A stretch of DNA of 32,000 nucleotides, taken from contig JAHRFX010000105.1 in the NCBI GenBank assembly GCA_019084405.1, positions 13,228 through 45,227 of the forward strand, read 5' to 3'. Shown in pieces: positions 10,875 through 18,726 of the stretch (the stretch's first letter is position 1; the number at the start of each line of letters is the position of its first letter). The translations under genes were made by a program, and so were the position numbers. The notes beneath the pieces are model-generated. The model was given only the letters and a program-made list of their open reading frames with translations. It ran no database searches and had not been told where the DNA came from. This DNA is from Methanobacterium sp. (GTDB lineage: Archaea; Methanobacteriota; Methanobacteria; Methanobacteriales; Methanobacteriaceae).

Positions 10875-11163
10875 ATTATTTCCTCTTATAATTAATTTAG
10901 AATCCAGTACCTTTATATTTTTATATTATAATTTAACTTAATCCTTCCCCTTACCTAAGGCAAATTTTATATAGGGCTATGAACTTTTTATATAGATATA
11001 TTTTTACCAAAATACTTATTACTTAATTACTATATTATAATTATCAGTGTGCCATAATTTGATGATTTATATTATTTGATTGTTCATGGCAGACAATATT
11101 GCTCTGGTAAAAAAGTATAAATATGATGTATTGGTATTAATATAATAACTACGGGGGAACATT

Positions 11164-11583
11164 ATGATGAGAATAAGCATGTCATTACCTAAAAAATTGT
11201 TACATGAATTTGATGAAGTTTTAAAAGATAGAGGATATCAATCCCGATCTAAAGGAATACGTGACGCCCTTAAAGATTACATAGTCCGTTATCAATGGAT
11301 GAATGAAATGGAAGGTGAAAGGATTGGTGTGGTTGCAGTAATATTTGATCACCACTACACCGGTGTAATGGAAGACCTGGCGGATATTCAGCATGACTAT
11401 CGAGACGCCATCAATGCGGTGATGCATGTACACATGACCGATAAATACTGCCTGGAAGTAATTGTGGTCAGGGAAAATGTGGATAAAATACGCAACCTGA
11501 CTGAAAAAATGATGAGACTCAAAGGGGTCGAACACGTAAGACTAACCAGTACTGCTACTGGAGAGCACATAGATCATGATTAA
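11164..11583 (+). CDS. nikR: Nickel-responsive transcriptional regulator NikR (ribbon-helix-helix + ACT-like domain)
   Basis: 139-aa ORF. N-terminal RHH (RISMSLPKKLLHEFDEVL...GYQSRSKGIRDALKDY) and C-terminal metal-binding domain with conserved His (DHH..., HVHM...) and C. Confidence 0.85.
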   Translation: MMRISMSLPKKLLHEFDEVLKDRGYQSRSKGIRDALKDYIVRYQWMNEMEGERIGVVAVIFDHHYTGVMEDLADIQHDYRDAINAVMHVHMTDKYCLEVIVVRENVDKIRNLTEKMMRLKGVEHVRLTSTATGEHIDHD

Positions 11584-11597
11584 TTAAAAACTCATTT

Positions 11598-12374
11598 ATG
11601 AAATTCTGGGCTACTCCCTATCATAATAATCTCCTGAAAGACCAGGAGAGGTTATCTGCTTTTTATGAAGCAATAAAAACCAAATCAAGGGGTATAGTTT
11701 TTGATTTAGGTTCGGGAAGTGGGATAATGTCCTGCTTCGCAGCCCCCTATTCTGATTTTATTTATTCTATAGAGATTCATCCCCAATCGGCAGCATATGC
11801 TGCAGAAAACCTCAAGGGTTGGAAAAACATTAAGATTATAAATTCTGATGTCACCAGGGTTAATTTCACCTGTAAAGCGGATGTAATTATATGTGAAATG
11901 TTGGATACGGCATTAATTGACGAAGAACAGGTCCCGGTATTGAATCATGCCTTAAAATACCTTAATTCGGGAGGGGTTGTTATTCCGGCCGGGGCCTTAA
12001 ATGGTGCGGAACTGATCAGCATGGAAAACCCTCGACTGGTTTATGAAGATCAGGTTAAAATCGATTACAGGGTGCTGGGTTCTCTGGTAATTTATGATTC
12101 CCTATTTTTTAACCAGGAAATTATAGAAGAAGTGGATGAGGATATTGATTTTCCCCTAAAAAAATCAGGAAAGATAAATGCACTAAAACTCACCACCTTC
12201 ACCTTACTTAGTGAAGATTTAATATGCGGGCCTACTCCCATGTTGAATCCTCCACTTTTTATACCACTGGATGAATTATATGCAAATAAAGGAGATAAAG
12301 TGACTGTAAATCTTGCTTACACCATGGGGGGTGGTTTAGATAGCATTCGAACAAAAATTAAAAACATTTCTTAA
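11598..12374 (+). CDS. Class I SAM-dependent methyltransferase, PRMT-like
   Basis: 258-aa ORF. PRMT-type N-terminal YHxxLLKDxxRxxxFYEAI, motif I VFDLGSGSGIMS, and a CEMLDTALIDEE segment with two Glu nine residues apart (double-E-loop-like). Confidence 0.7.
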   Translation: MKFWATPYHNNLLKDQERLSAFYEAIKTKSRGIVFDLGSGSGIMSCFAAPYSDFIYSIEIHPQSAAYAAENLKGWKNIKIINSDVTRVNFTCKADVIICEMLDTALIDEEQVPVLNHALKYLNSGGVVIPAGALNGAELISMENPRLVYEDQVKIDYRVLGSLVIYDSLFFNQEIIEEVDEDIDFPLKKSGKINALKLTTFTLLSEDLICGPTPMLNPPLFIPLDELYANKGDKVTVNLAYTMGGGLDSIRTKIKNIS

Positions 12375-12402
12375 AAGTAGTAAAAAATTAGTAATTCTAA
12401 CT

Positions 12403-12828
12403 ATGGGAAATGAGTTAAGAGGTGACGATGGGTTGGGCCCCTGCATTGCTCAAAAATTATCTCCACTGATTGGAGATAGCCCATCCACCGTGGTAATGGA
12501 TGGAGGAGCTGTACCAGAAAACTTTACAGGAGCCATCAGAAAGGAAAAACCCAGCCATATACTGATAATTGATGCAGTAGATATGAAAGAGTTGCCTGGG
12601 TATATCAGAATTATTAAAACAGAAGAAATTGCTAACTATAATATATCAACCCATGCCATGCCCCTTTCCTTTTTAATAAAATACATACAATCTGATATGG
12701 ATGTGGAAGTTATTATACTGGGTATACAACCGGGTAAAATGGAAATAGGTCTTAAAATATCCAAAGAAGTTAAAAAAAGTATAGAATATCTAATTAATTT
12801 TTTTAAATCTATTTATACCGGGAATTGA
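12403..12828 (+). CDS. [NiFe]-hydrogenase maturation endopeptidase (HycI/FrhD family)
   Basis: 141-aa ORF with GNELRGDDGLGP signature and downstream DAVD and H residues. The conserved first beta-strand (KKLVILT) is encoded in frame upstream of the only ATG, so the true start is uncertain. Confidence 0.8.
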   Translation: MGNELRGDDGLGPCIAQKLSPLIGDSPSTVVMDGGAVPENFTGAIRKEKPSHILIIDAVDMKELPGYIRIIKTEEIANYNISTHAMPLSFLIKYIQSDMDVEVIILGIQPGKMEIGLKISKEVKKSIEYLINFFKSIYTGN

Positions 12829-12914
12829 TTATTTAATGCACCTATCAATCAGAATCATTTTATAGAAAGTAATATTCTTTTACCAAAAAATAAAGGAATT
12901 ATATAGATGGAAAA

Positions 12915-13622
12915 CTAATCATATTGTGTATCCAGGTAATTTAGCTTATTGTTGTTGTAATAGTACTGCAATTCTGAAATATGGGATAATTCGTAATTAG
13001 CATAAGGACTATTCAAATAAGGGAATAGGGCTCCGGTAATAACATGATAATAGGCAGGCAGTCTACCGTATTCATGTATCAAGATGAGATAGTAAAGCGC
13101 AAACCCACATCCCTGGTTTATAATAGGACTTCCACTACGTACTGAACCATGATAAAAGAGGATTTTTTTACCCTCCTGCCCATTTTCTTTAGCTTTCTTA
13201 TCTAAATATGCCAATGCATCATCCAGATGTTCGAAGACTATACCATCCGACACGTAATTATACCGCTCATCAGATACACCGAATATAAATCCATCTATAA
13301 CATCTCCCCAGTCCATATCTGGCTGATATCCTCTTTCTTTATCTAAAACTCCCAGTTCAAGAATGTAAACGTCATCTTCATGATAATTGGGATAACCTGT
13401 GGTATGCCCTGCAACATGTACCACCAGCGCAGTATTGGATCCTTTTTTTTCAGTGTAGCTGGCCACAAATTTGGAATGGGGATTGCCTTTGTACATGTCT
13501 GGGTTTTTAAGTTTTACAAATGCTGCTCTTCCAGCAGGCTCAAAATCACTCATAGACTGCGCTACGGCAATATATGAACCAAATAATAGTATTATGACCA
13601 GTAGTATAATTTTTCCTTTCAT
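12915..13622 (-). CDS. Hypothetical exported protein (signal peptide, Tyr/Asn-rich C-terminus)
   Basis: The track ORF extends to 13700. The internal Met at 13622 gives a classic signal peptide (MKGKIILLVIILLFGSYIAVAQS) and is preceded by a GAGG RBS. No family recognised. Confidence 0.5.
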   Translation of the reverse strand: MKGKIILLVIILLFGSYIAVAQSMSDFEPAGRAAFVKLKNPDMYKGNPHSKFVASYTEKKGSNTALVVHVAGHTTGYPNYHEDDVYILELGVLDKERGYQPDMDWGDVIDGFIFGVSDERYNYVSDGIVFEHLDDALAYLDKKAKENGQEGKKILFYHGSVRSGSPIINQGCGFALYYLILIHEYGRLPAYYHVITGALFPYLNSPYANYELSHISELQYYYNNNKLNYLDTQYD

Positions 13623-13857
13623 AAAAAAATCCTCAGGGATGATAAGTTCCAGATCTAACCACCGGGGGGGTGGGATTAAGGATTTATTCCATAATATCAA
13701 ATTAAATTTTATTAGAATATAATTAAGTTGATTACTTTTAAGTCTTTGGGGTATTATTTATTATTTTCTATATTTAAAGAATGAAGTTGAAATAGTTTAA
13801 AATCTTATAAAAAAATAGATTTATAGAAATAAATATCTAACTTCTTGAATAAATGAA

Positions 13858-13887
13858 TTGATTATTTTCATTTTGATTATTTTCATT
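13858..13887. repeat. Perfect 15-bp tandem duplication (TTGATTATTTTCATT x2) in a divergent promoter region
   Basis: Read directly: 13858-13872 and 13873-13887 are identical. Confidence 0.9.
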
Positions 13888-14169
13888 AATATTATATATT
13901 GGCAACATGGTTATTATTTGTTTCGGATAGAACGAATATAAAAAAATAGGAAATAAACATTCTTATAATTTTACCAAATTATCAATAAGGGATGATTTTG
14001 AACAAATTTATAAACTATACCTGATTACTAATTAAATATTAAAATTTAGGGTAATTTATTTAATTGATATAATTTCAATTAAATAGAAATAGATTGTTGT
14101 GGTTGTTATTTTAGTTTAATAAGGTTTGAGAATATAACTATATTTCAATAGATAATCATTGAGGATATA

Positions 14170-15339
14170 ATGAAGATACTGTTTATAGGTGCAAGATTAT
14201 TTGACGAAGTTGCTTTTTATGCCCGTGAAATGGGGGTAGAAACTATTTTATCAGAATCAAGCCCGGATTCAACTAACTTAAAATTAGCTGATAAATATTT
14301 TGTAGTGCCACGGGGAATGGATCATCCCATGGAAATTGCCATTAAAGAAGATGTTGACGCGGTTGTACCTCTTATTGGGATTGACACTCCCCTCTTGGAA
14401 GTGGCAAACTTGAAAGAGAAACTGGAAAGAGAATATAATTTACCAGTAATTGCATCAGGATTATCAGCCACTGAAATTGCCATCAATAAATTAAAAACAA
14501 AGAAATTTTTAGTAGAAAATAACATAAAAACTCCTGATTATAGAGAAATATCTCAAAAACATTATTATCAAAATAATAATGGTCAAAAATCGATTTCATC
14601 TAAACTAGAATATCCTGCAGTTTTAAAACAAGCTACTGGCCAGGGTGGTTTGGGTATTAAGATAGCTCTTTCCAGAGAGGATGCGGATAACTACTTTGAG
14701 CAATATCAAAATGCCATTGTGGAACGATTCATTAAAGGTATAGAAATATCCATAGAAGTTTTATGTTGGAATGGAGAGGCCATCGCCCTTACACCTGTAG
14801 ATAAAGGAGAAACCACCCTGCAAGGCACACACCCTTTAAATAAGATTAAAAGGGCTCCAGCCCAAATTAAAAATCTGGATAATGAAAAAATAAGAGTGCT
14901 GGCCGGAGATATTGTACATAAATTAGGAGCAAGTGGAACCATAGATGTTGATTTCATTTTTGATCCGATAAAAGGGGAATTAAATGCTCTGGAAGTTAAT
15001 ACCCGCCCCAGCGGCACCCGTTATCTTACCCTGACTACTACTTCTATTAACCCCTTACATCAACTGGTAAATATGGCCCTGGGGGAGTGGAGTACAAAAA
15101 ATGTTGATGCTGCCCTGGAAACTAATGCTGCCCTGGAAATGATTATACCTCCCCATCGCAAAGTAGAATTAAATGAAATTTTTAAAAAAGATCAAAAAAA
15201 CCATTCCGTGATTGATCTATTTTCAAAGGAAAGGCCCTGGGTAGTTCATGGGCATGAAAAAGCTCAAAGGATAACTATAAAGGCTAAAAATAACAATGAA
15301 GCAATTAAAATTGCAAAAAAACTCAAAATAATGGAGTAG
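14170..15339 (+). CDS. ATP-grasp ligase (CarB/Ddl-like), pseudomurein peptide biosynthesis candidate
   Basis: 389-aa ORF with ATP-grasp layout (KxxTKKFLxxNNIKTP, YPAVLKQATGQGGLGI, ...LEVNTRPSG). First gene of an operon with MraY-like and Mur-ligase-like genes. Confidence 0.8.
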   Translation: MKILFIGARLFDEVAFYAREMGVETILSESSPDSTNLKLADKYFVVPRGMDHPMEIAIKEDVDAVVPLIGIDTPLLEVANLKEKLEREYNLPVIASGLSATEIAINKLKTKKFLVENNIKTPDYREISQKHYYQNNNGQKSISSKLEYPAVLKQATGQGGLGIKIALSREDADNYFEQYQNAIVERFIKGIEISIEVLCWNGEAIALTPVDKGETTLQGTHPLNKIKRAPAQIKNLDNEKIRVLAGDIVHKLGASGTIDVDFIFDPIKGELNALEVNTRPSGTRYLTLTTTSINPLHQLVNMALGEWSTKNVDAALETNAALEMIIPPHRKVELNEIFKKDQKNHSVIDLFSKERPWVVHGHEKAQRITIKAKNNNEAIKIAKKLKIME

Positions 15340-15346
15340 TGATTAT

Positions 15347-16429
15347 TTGATTAATTATAATGGATTAATTACAACTTTAATACCGTTCATACTCGCTTTT
15401 TTACTAACTGCTTTTTTCACACCCTTCATTCGGCGGGTGATGAAGATGGCGGATATTACAGACAAGCCTATCATCTCGGAACACAGCCATAAGAAAGGAA
15501 CCCCCATAATGGGTGGACTAGCTATCCTGTTAAGTGCTCTATTTGTTTTGAATGTTTATCATGAAATTCCCATCCTGGTTTTAACCGTGGTTTTAATGGT
15601 AGTATCCGGTATTGTGGGACTTTTCGATGATCTTATAGGTCTAAAAGTAAAAGAATTTCAGAAAGTGGTAAAAAACAAAGTTAATGAACCATTTAAATTA
15701 GGAAGATTAATACTAAAACCAGGAGACGAAGTAAGAGTAGCAACTCCCCAGGCAAAAAAAGAGGTTCAAAATCTCCTGAATCAGAGTAAGCTTGAACTGA
15801 TTCGTGAAATTCCCATTAAAAGTGAAATAAAAGAAAGTGAAAAAATATTCTCCCAAATCCTCATAGGAATATTTTTAATAGCTTCTGGTGCAGTTAGTTT
15901 CACTATATTTGGTATAAATCCTGGTTTACTGGTAATTCCAGTAGCGGTACTGGGTATAGTCGGTGCAATCAATGCCGTAAATCTTATTGATGGGATGGAT
16001 GGTTTGGCTGTAGGTATTATGGGAATCGCCTCTTTTTCATGCGCCATTTTTGCCTTAATGACAGGTAAGGCTGACGTAGCATTAACTTTCTTTGTGTTGT
16101 CTGGACTTTGCTTCGGGTTTTTAATATATAATCGCATACCGGCTTCTATATTTATGGGTGACACCGGTGCTTTTGCTCTAGGTGGTGGGTTTGCTGTGGC
16201 AGCTATGCTGGGAGATATTATCCCCTTTGCAGTGGTTTCTCTATTTGTACCTATACTTTCTGTAGTGATAAGTCTCCTGCACCGTATGAAGATTATTAAA
16301 TTACCTGTGGAACCACTACACCATACTTTACATTACCGGGGATTCTCTGAAACCAGGATTGTAATCTTATACTGGTCCATTACTACCATAGTATGTTTAA
16401 TGGCCCTTACATTTACCCTGTATTCTTGA
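15347..16429 (+). CDS. MraY-like polyprenyl-phosphate phospho-sugar/peptide transferase (GT4 family), pseudomurein type
   Basis: 360-aa polytopic ORF. MraY/WecA motifs: KKGTPIMGG, FDDLIGL, NAVNLIDGMDGLAVG, MGDTGAFALGG, PLHH. TTG start 8 nt after the upstream stop. It is the only canonical start codon (ATG/GTG/TTG) upstream of TM1. Confidence 0.85.
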   Translation: MINYNGLITTLIPFILAFLLTAFFTPFIRRVMKMADITDKPIISEHSHKKGTPIMGGLAILLSALFVLNVYHEIPILVLTVVLMVVSGIVGLFDDLIGLKVKEFQKVVKNKVNEPFKLGRLILKPGDEVRVATPQAKKEVQNLLNQSKLELIREIPIKSEIKESEKIFSQILIGIFLIASGAVSFTIFGINPGLLVIPVAVLGIVGAINAVNLIDGMDGLAVGIMGIASFSCAIFALMTGKADVALTFFVLSGLCFGFLIYNRIPASIFMGDTGAFALGGGFAVAAMLGDIIPFAVVSLFVPILSVVISLLHRMKIIKLPVEPLHHTLHYRGFSETRIVILYWSITTIVCLMALTFTLYS

Positions 16430-16452
16430 ATCTCAAACTTTTTTAATAACAT

Positions 16453-17919
16453 GTGAAAGGGAAGAAAATGAACCATCTTGAAACATATTATCTGGCACGT
16501 GAGATTAAAGGAGAACTCATTGGAGATAATAAAATCTTAAAAGGAGTTTTTAATCTTCTAAGCGATGCTAAAGAGGGTGATATGGTTATAAGGCATTGGG
16601 TGGATGAGAATGGAATTAAAATAGCTGCAAAAAAGAAAGTGGGTTGTTTTATTGCCCAAAACCCTCAGGGTAAGGCCCGGGAAATGGCCCTGAAACTGGG
16701 TTTAAATCTAATAATAGTGGATAAGATAGAACTGGCTAATGCCTTTGCTTTAAAATGGACTATTGAAAAATTTGCCCCGGATTCTAAAAGGGTGGCAATT
16801 ACAGGGACCAATGGAAAATCAACCACCACCCATTTCATTTACCATATTTTAAAAGAAGGAGGATATGTTGTATTTACCAATACTGATTCTAAATCTGAAT
16901 TCAACACCTTAATTGATCCCATGGTGGCTAAGAATATTTCAGATTTTTACCAGGAGCATCAGGGTGTAAAAATTGATTATCTGGTTATCGAGGTTTCTGA
17001 AGTTCAGGGCTGGTTTGACAAAGTTATGAAAGACCATGCCCTCCTTATGACCCGGGCTATAAATCCCCAGGTAGTGGTTATTACCAATGTTGCCCTGGAC
17101 CATATTGGCCTGGTGAATTCTCTGGATGAAGCATTTGAAGAAATATCTGGGGGTATAAAGGCCCTGGATAAAGGTGTTGCTGTTTTAAATCACGAAGATG
17201 AGATGGTGGTTAAAATGCAGCAGCTTTTAAACTTTTCTGTTGAATCCTTTTTTTATGGAGAAGGTTCTGAACTCGAATTTAAGGATTCTGGTATTTTTTA
17301 TAGGGGTGAACTCCTACTGGAAAAATCCCGGTTGCCTTTTACCAGCCCCCACTTTATTCAAAATACCTTAGCAGCCATTTCTGCTTGCATTTCACTAAAT
17401 ATTCCTTTAGAAACTATAAAAAAAGGAGTGTATACTTATAAACCTCTTAAACGAAGATTCTCTATTCTAAATTCATCTCCCACCATCATAGATGACTTTG
17501 CCCATAATCCTGATGGAATTAAAGCCACCACTAAAAGTGCGTTAGAAATCACCTCAGGAAAGTTATGGGTGCTGTGTGCTATTAGAGGTTCCAGAGGTAA
17601 GGAGATCAATTTAATCAATGCCCGGGCTTTAGCCAAGACCATATCCCATCTAAAAAATAATAAAAAACAGGAGATGGAATTTGAAATCTATCTCACCAGT
17701 AGTAATGATGTGGTAGATCACCTGAATCAGGTGGAGGATGAAGAAAGAGAAATCTTTTTTTGGACCCTGAATGACTTTAATTTAAATTTTAATTTCTTTG
17801 AGAATCTGGAAGAAGCATTAAATGATATTTTAAGGGCTGCCCATAAAAATGACACTATTCTGCTTATGGGAGCACAGGGAATGGATCCTGCCTCAGAAAT
17901 TCTGGATGAATTATTATGA
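16453..17919 (+). CDS. Mur-ligase family peptide ligase (pseudomurein pMur-type; step not assignable)
   Basis: 488-aa ORF. P-loop ITGTNGKSTTT, Mur middle-domain motifs (EVSE..., ITNVALDHIG) and C-terminal domain (DDFAHNPDG). The track start is GTG at 16453. The ATG at 16468 is an alternative. Confidence 0.85.
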   Translation: MKGKKMNHLETYYLAREIKGELIGDNKILKGVFNLLSDAKEGDMVIRHWVDENGIKIAAKKKVGCFIAQNPQGKAREMALKLGLNLIIVDKIELANAFALKWTIEKFAPDSKRVAITGTNGKSTTTHFIYHILKEGGYVVFTNTDSKSEFNTLIDPMVAKNISDFYQEHQGVKIDYLVIEVSEVQGWFDKVMKDHALLMTRAINPQVVVITNVALDHIGLVNSLDEAFEEISGGIKALDKGVAVLNHEDEMVVKMQQLLNFSVESFFYGEGSELEFKDSGIFYRGELLLEKSRLPFTSPHFIQNTLAAISACISLNIPLETIKKGVYTYKPLKRRFSILNSSPTIIDDFAHNPDGIKATTKSALEITSGKLWVLCAIRGSRGKEINLINARALAKTISHLKNNKKQEMEFEIYLTSSNDVVDHLNQVEDEEREIFFWTLNDFNLNFNFFENLEEALNDILRAAHKNDTILLMGAQGMDPASEILDELL

Positions 17920-18291
17920 TTTCTTGAAATATCATTAACTTAATTGATGAGGTTACAGTAGCTAAAATATTATATTTGCGAAAGGTTTTTATAGTTTAAT
18001 AAAAATATAGTCTGCTAATTCCCATTATATCTATTTATCATTATTCTTTATCATATCCCTGGGTTCCTGTCACTGATGGAATCCAATAAAAATAGTTTTT
18101 TATATTATTAATCAACAATACTAAATTAGATTACCTGAAGAAGTTTTTAAATTTGGTCAATTTATTTTTTTGGACTTGTTTATTAACTTTTATAATTAAC
18201 TATAAAAATACAAATTAATATAATATCTGATTAAATTATAACTTAAATTAATTAAATTTCCATACACATATCAATTATTGGGTGAAAATGA

Positions 18292-18726
18292 ATGTTCCTG
18301 AAAATTAGAAGAGATACTCTAATTATATTATTACTGGCATTTATGCTAATTGTTTCTGGTAGATTAATGACCTACATGGCTTTTGCCTCATCTACCGAAG
18401 AAGCGGAAGGTGTTCCCATATCTGGAATTATTATAAAAGGAAATGATATTGTTCCTCTGGAAACTATAAGGAGCAACATGGCCGGGGCGGGTTTCAGGAC
18501 TGGAAGTTATATTAAGGGTGATGTACTGGTTACATCTAAAAGGGAACTCCCTTTGAATGAGGCCATAAGTATGGCTGAAGAATTTGTTACTCTCAGTACC
18601 ATTCCCGGAACCCGGGTTACACCAATTGTGGCCGCTGATGTAAAGGTTGATGTTAAAACAGGAATCGTTACCGTTAATGTTATAGAAGACTTTTCCACAG
18701 TGGATGTTAGGGGGACCAGACCTTGA
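18292..18726 (+). CDS. Small N-terminally anchored or exported protein, POTRA-like pattern (tentative)
   Basis: 144-aa ORF. GGTGA RBS 7 nt upstream. N-terminal KIRRD + hydrophobic helix (possible AFA/S cleavage site). The remainder follows a beta-alpha-alpha-beta-beta-like pattern (ISGIIIKGNDIVPLETIRSNM...G...VKVDVKTGIVTVNVIED). Confidence 0.65.
   Translation: MFLKIRRDTLIILLLAFMLIVSGRLMTYMAFASSTEEAEGVPISGIIIKGNDIVPLETIRSNMAGAGFRTGSYIKGDVLVTSKRELPLNEAISMAEEFVTLSTIPGTRVTPIVAADVKVDVKTGIVTVNVIEDFSTVDVRGTRP

Noticed and set aside
13701-14169. Possible mobile-element remnant or integration scar in the long AT-rich gap
   Set aside because: There are no terminal inverted repeats, no transposase or integrase fragments in any frame, no flanking tRNA, and no direct repeats bracketing the region. 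It is treated as a regulatory spacer.
17943-17975. C-box-like TTGATGA followed by a 12-nt spacer, a possible second C/D sRNA
   Set aside because: There is no CUGA D' or D box at the required spacing and no C' box, so only one motif is present. This is expected by chance.
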